Assembly: GCF_964355755.1 (NCBI RefSeq) | Contig: NC_092675.1 | Location: forward strand, 15,844,912 to 15,908,911 | Origin: Antedon mediterranea | Lineage: Eukaryota; Animalia; Echinodermata | DNA: 64,000 nucleotides | Direction of reading: 5' to 3' | Shown here: positions 12,466 through 25,000 of the stretch, piece by piece | Numbering within the stretch: position 1 is the stretch's first letter | How the letters are laid out: each line of letters opens with the position of its first letter | Translations under genes and position numbers: made by a program | Notes under the pieces: model-generated | Databases searched by the model: none | The model's input: the letters and a program-made list of their open reading frames with translations, nothing else | Told to the model about the DNA's origin: nothing

Positions 12466-13527
12466 TTAATCCCACCTTGTAATTTCTTTTTGATCGGCAC
12501 ACTTTACTACACTTTCAATCGTGTTGTTTTGGCAAACATATTGCTGCTCTGGAAGAATGTGATGAACGACGAAAAGGTAGCGATAATTACAGGTGTTCCA
12601 ATTTGCATTGTACAGAGTAAATCGTCCTGTGTCTATTAGGTCTAAATTCAAAAACTCTGCGATCACTCCCATATACGCGTCCTCAACTGGAAACGGTTTT
12701 ATATGCCGTGCTGCTTTAACTACTTTTTCCACAACATCTCCCGACAGAAGGTAGCCTGTACCGCTGGCATATGGAGGGTATTCTTCATGTGGATAGTCAT
12801 CCCTCGACACACGCCATTTACTATCATCACGTCGTACAACCTCTAATGACTTCATTTTATTTCCAGCATATAGGTTGCTTGTAATAGTGTTATGATTCAA
12901 AAGAAAATTAGACATTAATTTGACATTCACAAAACAATCATCATCTGTTTTTAGTAAGTACTGAGGCTGACAAAACTTTGCAGCCCATGAAAACCCATTT
13001 TGTACCTTAAGCGTTAAATTTCTGTACGAGTCTATGAAATTACCCTGAAGCATGTCATTATGACGCTGCATTTCATTATCAAGTAGTATTTGCGTTGCTT
13101 GATAGTTTGTTTTACCTAGTAAAAAAACAACTTGCCATGACGATGCATTGTCATCATTTGATCGTGAGGCCCAAGTACTTCGTATACTAGCCCTCCTTTC
13201 AAAGTGATCAGGTGCTGATGTCACCAAAACCAGTAATGCAATGTTACGTTGGCATGATGTATCTTGCGGGAAAACATCAGTAAACCTCTGAACATTCCAG
13301 GTTGTACCAAGAACACTCTTTAACTTATAATTGGAACGTACTAGGTCGTCAAATACAGGATGGTCAAATGAATGATCACTCATAACTTTGATGTCAGAGC
13401 GCATTACAGAAAGCATTACAATGGTAAATACAAAAAGAAGTGTGAAAAGAAATGTGGAAGACATGGTGGTACGTGAAAGAATACGCAGCATCGCGTAGAT
13501 GTAGTCAGCCATTGAAACCATATGCAT
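12466..13527 (-). CDS. B3GALT: Beta-1,3-galactosyltransferase family protein (GT31, B3GALT1/5-like), type II membrane protein, 353 aa, single coding exon
   Basis: N-terminal TM segment (FLFTLLFVFTIVML); GT31 motifs LLVLVTSAP..FERRASIRSTW, DSYRNLTLK, YLLKTDDDCFVN (DxD), YPPYASGTGY, EDAYMG. Acceptor tttcttttag at 13551-13552 just upstream of the ATG. Confidence 0.95.
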   Translation of the reverse strand: MHMVSMADYIYAMLRILSRTTMSSTFLFTLLFVFTIVMLSVMRSDIKVMSDHSFDHPVFDDLVRSNYKLKSVLGTTWNVQRFTDVFPQDTSCQRNIALLVLVTSAPDHFERRASIRSTWASRSNDDNASSWQVVFLLGKTNYQATQILLDNEMQRHNDMLQGNFIDSYRNLTLKVQNGFSWAAKFCQPQYLLKTDDDCFVNVKLMSNFLLNHNTITSNLYAGNKMKSLEVVRRDDSKWRVSRDDYPHEEYPPYASGTGYLLSGDVVEKVVKAARHIKPFPVEDAYMGVIAEFLNLDLIDTGRFTLYNANWNTCNYRYLFVVHHILPEQQYVCQNNTIESVVKCADQKEITRWD

Positions 13528-13936
13528 TGTATGTGCTTAAACAGTGGTTCCTAAAAGAAAGATACATAATAGCAAAAAAAATGTACTGATGGAATGTTGA
13601 ATGTTTAACAATTTAAATTTACAAAAAAGTAACATGGGCAAACCCTGAGGTACAGTACAGTTCTTCTATAATTTAGTACTATTTAGTATTTATTTATATT
13701 ATCATGGACATGGGCTAAAAATAAAATGACTAAAAAAGCACAATTAAACTAGTTTACATATCATCAACATATTTTATATTTACAGTAACTAGCAGTTTCA
13801 AAACAAATACAGTAGGCCCTGTCCACAATTATTAGTATCAAAATGAAGAGGCTACTGCATGGTGATGGTCAATCAATAGGCCAGTGACTGCAGGATAGCC
13901 ACATCGATGAGCAGACGAAACAGAACTACTACTTAC

Positions 13937-14008
13937 CTTGCGGACTGAGGCCTACATGTTTACGCTGTGAAATACTGATTGAAAGACTGCAACTGAAGCT
14001 CAAAACAT
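13937..14008 (-). other. Probable 5' UTR exon of the B3GALT gene; a further upstream UTR exon likely ends at 14107
   Basis: Acceptor tctttcag at 14009-14010, donor AAG|gtaagt at 13936; another gtaagt donor at 14106; CCAAT box (attgg on +) at ~14233. Confidence 0.5.
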
Positions 14009-14483
14009 CTGAAAGACATACTAAATGTTTAATTTATTGACAACATATCTAAATATTTCGCCAGACCGTCTTTGTTCACAACCATTTTCTATCGACAGAG
14101 ACTTACAACTTCTTGTTTACAATGGTTTGCGTAGACTAACGTGATTGTGTGTGTTATGAAAAGATCTCATTCTCTGTCCACGCTTACAATATATGTAAAT
14201 TTCGTCACGCATGAATGTCTATTCACGCTACTATTGGCTCGTTAGTGGGTTTGGTGGAGGTTCGCCGTGAATTCATTTTAATATTCTAATTAGTTATTTC
14301 ATTGATTGCGCTACAAATGAAATATTGCATTCAATGAATATCTCGTCGAAATCAACAATTGAAAATGTAATCATTTTGTTTGTATCATAACAGAAAAACA
14401 GTTTTCGTGTCTGAAAAATGTGAAAAAATAAAAAGGAAGCGCGTGCACGCTCGGCGGGTGCTGTGTGCAGGTTTGTCAATTAG

Positions 14484-14632
14484 ATGCACTTCATGGTATT
14501 CAAACGGATATGCGTGTGCGTAACATACGACACATTTCCGTTTTTGTTAGTATTACGCCACGCGCGTCACAGAAACGGAAATGCGTCGTAAGTTACGCAC
14601 ACGCATATCCGTTTGATTTCCATGAAGTGCAT
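14484..14632. mobile_element. Palindromic MITE (~150 bp hairpin)
   Basis: atgcacttcatgg..tcaaacggatatgcgtgtgcgtaac.tacgac.catttccgttt versus aaacggaaatg.gtcgta.gttacgcacacgcatatccgtttga..ccatgaagtgcat; arms of ~60 bp. Confidence 0.8.
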
Positions 14633-16798
14633 TGAGCATGCTATCTATATATATAATATTTGAAGAGTAAATTTATCATCATGATTCATCACTCTTCATC
14701 AAATTAATAAGTAATATTATGTACAATAATTACTGTCAATCTGTATGAATTTGGATGTATGATTGAAATATAGAAATAATGCTAGACCAGTTGTTGTTTC
14801 ATAATGTGGTTGGAAATGAAAATCGACGCAATCAACAGTGTAATTAAATTATAATTTTTTATCTAGGTCTAATATATTTTTTTCAACTTTCCACCACCAT
14901 GCTAATATAGCTACCCAGTACCGCTCCAAACAGTTGACCATCGGGACAGTCAACTGAGATAGAAAATAATAATTTATTGTATTACTGTAGAGTAGTATGG
15001 CTATTATAAAAAAAACATTTTTCAATATGAAAGGATGCTTATATTGCTGGGCAGTTACACATCTGGCCAAAATAAATTTAGCCCGATTAAACAATGACAA
15101 AATTCACTAATATCGTTTTTTTTGTTGTTGAATGATGGCAATTTATGAATATTTTAGGAACCAGATTTCATCTGTCTTATTCAAATCAATGTTTTAAAAC
15201 CTAAGAAATGAAGTGTTTTTTTAATCAGACGCAGACTATTTTCGAGTTTTGAATTAATGACCAAACTAATGTCAATTGAGTTCATTGTGTGCATGAGGGA
15301 ACACACATTTGATTTCTAGGTCTAAGCAACGACTGACGACACATTGATTATTCTTATGGGACTATTATATAATGTAAACGGTATTAAAAGACATTTTAAA
15401 AGTAATTGTAGTGTAAGGCTGTTACACACACAAAATAATGAAACTATAGAAAGTCGCTATGAAAGCCTTTAAACAATTTATTTTCATAAAACTATTATTA
15501 TAATATATAATACCAAATAGGCTTATGTCAACAAAAAACTGTTAGTAATCATGAAGTACAGTAAGTGAAACAAAAAATCTGTTTTATTCTTCTTCTAAAT
15601 AATGATTAGAGCTGCGTAAATAATCTATTTTAATATTACAAGCAACTTTTAGGTTATAGAAATAAACAGATTAATTAACCAATAATCATAATTCATATAA
15701 AAAAAGTTGTAGAGTTTACAAAAGTTAACACAAATAATAGCTGTGTACATTATTAAAAAAAAAAATTCATATAATATATTAAATCTCTTTAAACGATGTA
15801 TATTCCCTCATACTATTTGACAAAAGCATAACAAAGTACATTAAAACAAGCTAAAATCAAAATAAATGATATGATACAAGTGTGTACAGCTATGAAATTG
15901 TAACATCTTTTTAATCCTAAACAAAAGTTATAACATGTTATAGGCTGTCCCATTGGACATATGGTAAAGCATAAGAAATCTAAGTAAGAAAATATATATT
16001 TATTTGTATTCTTAAGATTACATATAAGGCACTGTACATAAGCTTCTATCTCGACTTAAATATTTATACTAAATAGTTAGTAAGCATTGTATCCAATTAT
16101 CAAACATTACATTTCAAAATTATCAACTATAAACATAAATTATTAATAATATTAATAACGATATTATATAAATCTTATAAATGCGATAAAAAAATTAACA
16201 ATATCTAATATTCATAATAAACATGTAGTTAATTATAGTGAGCTACATCCAGCGGAAATTAACAGTTTCTTTTCAGTTTATTTTTTATGTTGAACATGGA
16301 GCGTACTTTCTTTTGCAGGTCATCTTTCTTCAAAGGTCGATGCTTATCACACAATGCGTTATCCAGACAATTTTAAAACATATATTCTAACTTAATAATA
16401 ACTACTTATTATGCAAATCTTATACAAAAATAAAATCTAAATCATTTACAGATTTGAAAATTATTTTATATTTTAGTTTTCAGTTGGTTAATATCATATT
16501 ATTAATTATAATCATTAATATTAATTGCATAGATATCTAATTTGAAAGTCAAATTTCAAATATATAGATCAAGTGTTTTATTTTTGTATTGTAAAATAGA
16601 AATTACAAGTACATAATTGAGAACAATATTTCAGTACAATTCATTACTTAGTTTGAATATGTAAAAAAAGTACACAAAGTGTAAATGCAAAACTCATTAT
16701 TATGTAAAAATCACAAGTATACTAGTAAAATTAAAAATGCAAACAGCTGTTGGTTACAAAGTTGAAACACAAGTGTAGGAGATATAAATTTCATTATT

Positions 16799-17297
16799 AA
16801 AATAGTGTACAGTATGTATGTATATAATAAATAGTGTACAGTATGTATGTATATAATAAATAGTGTACAGTATGTATGTATATAATAAATAGTGTACAGT
16901 ATGTATGTATATAATAAATAGTGTACAGTATGTATGTATATAATAAATAGTGTACAGTATGTATGTATATAATAAATAGTGTACAGTATGTATGTATATA
17001 ATAAATAGTGTACAGTATGTATGTATATAATAAATAGTGTACAGTATGTATGTATATAATAAATAGTGTACAGTATGTATGTATATAATAAATAGTGTAA
17101 AGTATGTATGTATATAATAAATAGTGTACAGTATGTATGTATATAATAAATAGTGTACAGTATGTATGTATATAATAAATAGTGTACAGTATGTATGTAT
17201 ATAATAAATAGTGTACAGTATGTATGTATATATTAAATAGTGTACAGTATGTATGTATATAATAAATAGTGTACAGTATGTATGTATATAATAAATA
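16799..17297. repeat. 29-bp minisatellite, ~17 copies (aatagtgtacagtatgtatgtatataata)
   Basis: Directly visible 29-bp period; accounts for ORF 16754..17332. Confidence 0.95.
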
Positions 17298-17429
17298 TAA
17301 ATTGTGTTAAAATTGTTATTACCAAAGTTCATTTACAAATCTTTTTAAAGGTCAGTTTAGACCTTTGTCTTCTGGAATTTATAATATGTTAGATTTAATA
17401 ACATTTTACAAGGTTATATAAAAATAATA

Positions 17430-18110
17430 ATAATCCAGACTGATTTGACATAATCCTGACTGATTTGATGTAATCTTGACTGATTTGATGTATTTCTGAC
17501 TGATTTGATGTAATCCAGACTGATTTGACATAATCCAGACTGATTTGATGTAATTCTGACTGATTTGATGTAACCTTGACTGATTTAATGTAACCTTGAC
17601 TGATTTGATGTAATCCAGACTGATTTGATAAAATCCAGACTGATTTTGTGTAATCCAGACTGATTTGATGTTATCCAGACTGATTTGACAAAATCTAGAC
17701 TGATTTGACGTAATCTTGACTGATTTGACATAATCTTGACTGATTTGATGTAATTCAGACTTATTTGATGTAATCCAGACTGATTTTATAAAATCCTGAC
17801 TGTTTTGCTGTGATACAGACTGATTTGCTGTAATACACTGTAATACAGACTGATTTAATGTGATACAGACTGATTTGATGTAATAAAGACTGATTTGATG
17901 TAATACAGACTAATTTGATTTAATAAGACTGATTTGATAAAATCCAGACTGATTTGATGTACTGTAATCCAGACTGATTTGATGTAATCTAGACTGATTT
18001 GATGTATTCCTGACTGATTTTATGTAATTCAGATAAATTAATTGATAAAATGTAGACTGGTTTAATGTAATTTTAACACTGATTTTATGTAATCTGGACT
18101 GATTTTATGT
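17430..18110. repeat. Degenerate 20-bp minisatellite (taatccagactgatttgatg), >30 copies
   Basis: Period of 20 visible as column-aligned gactgatttga across lines; degenerates towards the right. Confidence 0.92.
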
Positions 18111-18928
18111 AAGGATATCAATCTGCTACAACAAACAGTAAAATATATTATGTTAATACATCTACATCATGGTTAATAAACATACTTATACAACATCATT
18201 AATTCTTTAATATTCATAATTATACTTAAAATTGTTATTGAATCACCCCCAACCTAATAAAATATTTTATAATAATTAAAAATTGTTAAAATTATTTAAG
18301 ATTGGTATCAATGTCGAAAAACTATAACAAAATATTTCTTATAAGTTAAAAATGACTTTAAAAACACACACACATAATCGGTGGTACCATACAAAACACA
18401 TTACCTATCTGACATTAAACACTTATATAAGTTAAACAATTATAAAAAAATAGTTATTTTCTGTTACTTAAAAAGATATAGGTACAACCCATAATATGGA
18501 TGTATTCTTACCTTAAATAGAGAAGCAAAAATAATATAAAACATAAAATGAATACTACTATAACTTAAGTAGGTAACCATACTAATTATCTTAATCAATA
18601 CTTTACATTCCTTAGTTTTACATTACATGATACCACAAAATAAAGCATATTTATTGTATATATTATAATTATATCCATAGAGGCAAATAAAAACTATAAA
18701 AAGTTACTTTATTTCCAAATTAATTTGTTAAGATATAAAAAATTCTAAAATTATCAAAAAACAATCCTTTTAAGAATGATGGTTACAGACACTCACAAAG
18801 TATTATAAAACTATTTTAATTTAATTTGGTCTATAAAAAAACCAACCTGTTAAAAATAAATTTGAAAGATATTTCTTTTGGTTTTTTATATTTCTAAATA
18901 ATTATCTATTTCATGAATCTGACACTTT

Positions 18929-19003
18929 TTATTTATAGTTAGCGTAGTGGTCAAACGAGTCCATATACTCCCGTACAGCATGGTAGCAAAATCCATATTG
19001 CTC
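18929..19003 (-). CDS. RPTP last coding exon ([24 protein letters not shown])
   Basis: Acceptor at 19004-19005; typical D2 C-terminal helix; stop TAA. Confidence 0.93.
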   Translation of the reverse strand, partial: EQYGFCYHAVREYMDSFDHYANYK

Positions 19004-22000
19004 CTAAAATACAAAAATAAATAATTAATTTAGGAATATATTGTTTGGATATCTAATTTAGGAAATGCAAATAGTAAAAAGAGTAAAATATACTCACAGA
19101 CATAACATTTATATTAAATGGAAACCAGAAATATTATTGAAAAATCACTGGTTTATTTGTGGGATAAAGATTTACTCCCTTCCTGTTCAAAAAGTGCTTT
19201 TTTACTAATAATGACCTCTTTATTTAAAACGTGGTGGATTTCACTGATTATGCACAGTAATCCACATGAAAAACCTTGAAAGGAAGCCCATCTTGAAAAG
19301 AAGCGCACCCAAGAGTACTATTAGCTTAGCCTTTATAAAATAAGTACATATACTGTGTTGAGCAAATAAAACAATAACACAAATTATACTTTTATGTTGT
19401 AATTTAAACTGTAACTTACAAAGTTTTGCACCATGTGAGGGCGCTGTTGGCGCAATGTTCTAACAGTTTGGAAGACGTCAATTAGACCTTCTGCTTTCAC
19501 ACGTTCAAGCATTATACTGAGGGCTATAAATACACCAGTTCGTCCCGCACCACCACTAGAAGATATAAATTAAGATTACAATTCATGATCATATCGATAA
19601 ATATCAATAACACTAAGATTATTAATCATAGTCCTACTATAAGTTATATGTAATGCAGCAATGATACCGAGAATAACAATCTAATACAGTAGAAGCCCTA
19701 TTAAGGGGTACACCTTTGAAATACAACAAAGTGCCAGCTTTGTTAAACATATATTTCCCCATGGTTTTATCATTGGAAAGCATCCACTTAATAGACTTGT
19801 TCCCTGAAAAATGTGCCAAATGGCTGGATAGGGGGAAGGGGGAGTTCTACTGTAATATGCTACAAAATAATCTTGCATATTACTTGGTATGTATCTTAAT
19901 GAGTTGAAGATGGTCTGGTCTAAGCTAGGTTCTGGAAAAAATATCATTCTCAGAATGTGGCCGCCGAGCCATTATAGTTGTTGTATAATTGTATACAAAA
20001 AAAACCTGAACGTGTAATTTACCATCATCTAATCATGAGGATATACTAAAATAATAAATAAACAGCACATGATACATAATCAAAATGAAACCAATGAAAT
20101 GGGAGTGTTATAATTAATATTCTTTACCTGCAATGTACAACAATTGGGAAGGTTGAATGAATAGATTCTTGGTACTTGTGAACTTTACCAATTAGGTCAA
20201 CCAGACCTGTTCCACTGTTAGGGACACTAGATGGAGGCCAGCCTACATAATGATACTGGAAGACACTTCTTGACTCACCACCCTGTCAAGAAAATAAACA
20301 TATATACAGATTGAAGTATGTATATCCAAATGACTTTATCAAGGCATCATGTCGGAGCCACAGATAAACCCTTTGATCTCCAGAGCTCAGCATCCTGTTG
20401 TTAAATTGCCTTGCTTTTAGGGATCGTTTCTATAAAATGTTTTGATATAAGACAGCATACTTAATGGAACATTATACAAATAACGAATGTTTATTAGTCA
20501 AATGGAGTTGCAGTAGAATTACTTAATAGAACTACAAAAAGGTATGCTAACTACTGTAAAGTACTATATAGGAACTACATTTTTGGACTAACTTTTAGAT
20601 AGTTAAGAAAAGGATTTTAAACATGTGAAAGGTTTATCCATTTAAGTTGAAATTCTATGAGTATGGATGTATTTTTCTGTGAAATTATTAAGGTCTATCA
20701 TTGTAATAAGTTAAAATAACATTCATTTGCTTAATATCTATCGTTAAATTTGTAATTTTCACTGGCTCTTCCATTAAAAAATCTGAGCAATAAACATTTT
20801 TTTAGGCGTAATGATATAAACTACATCAATAGATTGTTAGCAGCAACTTCATAGGAAGCAGTTCACAGCAACTAAATATACAGGTTTAGTCATAGTTAAT
20901 TAAATAAAGTTAAACGACTATTTTAAAATTAATGGCGTGATGTAGGCTAAAAGGTATACAGACACTCAATTACAAAATAACGTGTATCAATTGTGCATTT
21001 ATTTGAAGCCTCTATGGCATAGGCCTATAGTGAAGCCTCTATGGCATAGGCCTATAGTGAAGCCTCTATGGCATAGGCCTATAGTGAAGCCTCTATGGCA
21101 TAGGCCTATAGTGAAGCCTCTATGGCATAGGCCTATAGTGAAGCCTCTATGGCATAGGCCTATAGTGAAGCCTCTATGGCATAGGCCTATAGTGAAGCCT
21201 CTATGGCATAGGCCTATAGCGAAGCCTCTATGGCATAGGCCTATAGTGAAGCCTCTATGGCATAGGCCTATAGTGAAGCCTCTATGGCATAGGCCTATAG
21301 TGAAGCCTCTATGGCATAGGCCTATAGTGAAGCCTCTATGGCATAGGCCTATAGTGAAGCCTCTATGGCATAGGCCTATAGTGAAGCCTCTATGGCATAG
21401 GCCTATAGTGAAGCCTCTATGGCATAGGCCTATAGTGAAGCCTCTATGGCATAGGCCTATAGTGAAGCCTCTATGGCATAGGCCTATAGTGAAGCCTCTA
21501 TGGCATAGGCCTATAGTGAAGCCTCTATGGCATAGGCCTATAGTGAAGCCTCTATGGCATAGGCCTATAGTGAAGCCTCTATGGCATAGGCCTATAGTGA
21601 AGCCTCTATGGCATAGGCCTATAGTGAAGCCTCTATGGCATAGGCCTATAGTGAAGCCTCTATGGCATAGGCCTATAGTAAAAATGTCTATTCTATGCAT
21701 TATTTTCAGTTTAGTTTTAACTCAGTTCCAAAAACAAATATTGTCTAAATTTTATTTTCTTGCATTTGATTAAAAAAATTAATGGTAATTCATAATAAAT
21801 TAAAATAATAAAAAAAATATTTTAATAAATAATAAACAACTATGATTATCATATTAAATAACAAAACTACTGTAATAATAAAGATGATTGCAACATAGAA
21901 AAAAATGTGTATTAGTCTTTTTCTATAAGATTGTATGAAATATTACCATAATTAAATGTTACAAACCTCAATATCTACTGTAGATGCCCCAAGCCTGATT

Positions 22001-25000
22001 TCCACAAAAACATATTCAAAGGGATTGTGACAGACAATAATGATACTAAACCATTCTTTGAATTTATTTACTGGCATGCATTCTTACAAATAAGCATAGG
22101 GGATAAGGTATGCTTGAGCCATTCAAATGGATTTTGGTATACAGTATTATTCAGATTTAAAGCATTTCTCACTCTGGTTGATCCATTTTTTCCTTTCTTT
22201 AGGGACATCACCATGAAATTTCTTCTATTTTTTCCCCAAGCAATTTGCATTTAATAGATCTATTTTTTATGGATGCACTTTATTATACATTGTATGTTAT
22301 ATGTAATCAATTTTTGGCACTTCAGTTTTGAAATAAAAAAAGCCATTAATTATCGATAAATCTTAAAATTTAAGTTTCAAATTGGAATAGAAGATATATA
22401 GTAGAAGTAGAAATTTCCAGGTAATGACAGAATGTCAATTCTATCTGCTTATTAATAAGAATGGTGTATTACCAAGAATGAATGAAGATGAATTGTGTAA
22501 ATGGAAACCAGGCTTTACAGGTCTTTCACACCTGTTCCGGCACGGTTCCGGTCCGGTCCGGTTCCGGTCCGGCGCTGGCAAATAAAATCAAAATGTTTCA
22601 ATTTCACGTACCTACGCTCATTTCGATTGGCTCATAGCTGCGTGGAGCGTCGTGAAAAACGAAACATTGACGTTTGATTTGATTCGTGCCGGCACCGGAT
22701 TGGAACCGTGTCGGACAGGTGTGAAAGACCCTTTCAACAAGATATCTGAACCAAGCCCTGTACAACCTGAAGCTAATGCCAATACTGTAATGTATATACA
22801 AGATCTAGAAGCAGCAGTAGCAGAATTTAAGCTGGTTTGGTTGAAGAGAGGCAGGGTACGACATCTAAGGGCTACACATACCAGAGCAATGTCTACCTTT
22901 GTATTTGTGACTTGGAATTCACGGATTATGTACTCGCTTCCTTCGATTTCTCGCTCTTCTTTCACTTGGACTGCAATTGTGTCGTGTACAACTGGTGTGT
23001 TGTCCTCTGGCCAGTACTGAAAACATTTTTCCTGAAATAAGATATGACAAGAAAATTTAATATATCTATATATATTGCCTCCTTTGTTCTTATTTCTTTA
23101 TTCCTGTCAACTCAGGCAGTGCTTGTCTTATTTAACTATCTACTTTGTCTAAGAACTTTCACTTACTGTTTTATTTTATCGTTTTGATTTAGCTTTGCTT
23201 TTTTTTTTGTATTTCCATTGAGATCCAGCCACTGATACCCACAGCATTGTCATTTTTCAGTAATTTGCCTTTGGATTTATATATATATATAGTATCTCTT
23301 CGGAGATCCCGCCTCGTGAATAAAAATACTGAAAGATGAGGGCGTATCAATTTGATCTCTGGTGCGCATGCGTACAACTGAGGACTAGTGCTGTTCCGCC
23401 GTACCACGCCGAGAATGTTAAAGAGTCGCTATCCAATCGAGTTTGAACAATACCATGAAAGCCCCAGTGGTCTAATGGTTAGGACATCTGCATATCAAGC
23501 AGGCGGTCCGAGTTTGAGTCTCGGTTGGGGCGACTTTTTCTCATTCTCACAGATTTCCTCATCTTTATCGTTTCAAATTAATTAATTAAATTTCAGTATA
23601 TCACCGGGCGGTTTCGAATTAATGTTTATTGCCTAATGTGTTTATATATATATATATATATATATCGTACTCTCATCTGCACATTTTTCTGGATGTTTAC
23701 TTTATCGTTTAATTTAGCTTTTTGCTTATTTTATTTTGTATTTCCACTGATACCCACAACATAGTAATTTTTTGAGTAATTTGCCTTTGGATCCATATAT
23801 ATTTCATTGCTACAATCAGAAAAGAAGGTTTAATATTGATTTTGACTGGATAAATCTAGTAAAATAAACACCTACTCGGCCATTCTCTTCTAGATCTGTC
23901 ATCATGATGATGCATGCTGTACGCTCGTCCCAAACCATTCTCCAGAAGTCTCCTGTAGTCTCTTTGGTGGGAGCTTGTGTTGCGATGTACATAGCCTTAT
24001 ACTCATAGCCCTGTATTAATCAAATAATAATAACAACACATAATCTCTCTCTCTCGTCTCGAAAGATGTACTAGGTTCTTTAAAGTGCACACAAGCATTT
24101 TGTGTACATTGGAACTACAGGTTTAAGTCATTATCCAGGAAGACTCGTTCTACCACCAGAACCAGGAGCCTTAAGACCCTTGCCGATGTTATGGTTATGG
24201 ATTACAGTTCCACCGCTCATCCACTCACTAAATTCTTTATTTTTACCAAATCATTAAGAATGAAAAATAAGAAGAATGTTACAAATTGGCAGTCTGCAAT
24301 GAAAAACAAAATGTAAAAATAAACTGAATGAAAAATGAAGAAGCTAACATGAAAGGAGTGTATTAAACATCGTCACATTTTAGAAACACAACTAGAACAC
24401 AAATATATAACAAATCAAAACAAAAAAATATATTCTCTGCTTATTTTTATATAAGATAAAAGAAACTCACATCAATATAAGAGGCGTTGATATAGTCTGA
24501 ATGTTCCTTGCCAATCAAACGTTGTAATTTTACTCGATTGATATCATCTAGAATGAAAATGACACACATTATTATTTAGGAATTGTTTTAATGATTACTA
24601 ATATTGTACAAATAGTTTTAAATACTAGACAACAAGACCCTATATATGATAAATATTTCTAATCATGTATTACTTGTTTAGATAATAGCATAAAACACCT
24701 GGGCGTTAAGAAGCATATTATGTAACGCTGTAGATGGCTGCTAAATATGCATGTTAAGAAGAAAGTTTAAATGACCACCAATACGCTATATTTGGAAAAT
24801 ATTAAGAAATAAGAAATTACATCAACAATAACAGAAGATTACATGGGAAACATAGTGTATGATGTGATGACCTGGAGACCAACCCAGGGCAAAAGATCAA
24901 TTAGATGACCAAGTATGACATTGATGGATTTGCTGCAACAAGATAAGCTATTACTGTATCAAATAATGTATGTAGAATAGGAAGGAATGAAGGTCCATCA

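Noticed and set aside
16754-17332. 192-aa Y/I/T-rich ORF
   Set aside because: Translation of the 29-bp repeat.
20982-21773. 263-aa and 233-aa repetitive ORFs; CRISPR-like appearance
   Set aside because: Pure 27-bp tandem repeat without spacers, inside an intron of a eukaryotic gene.
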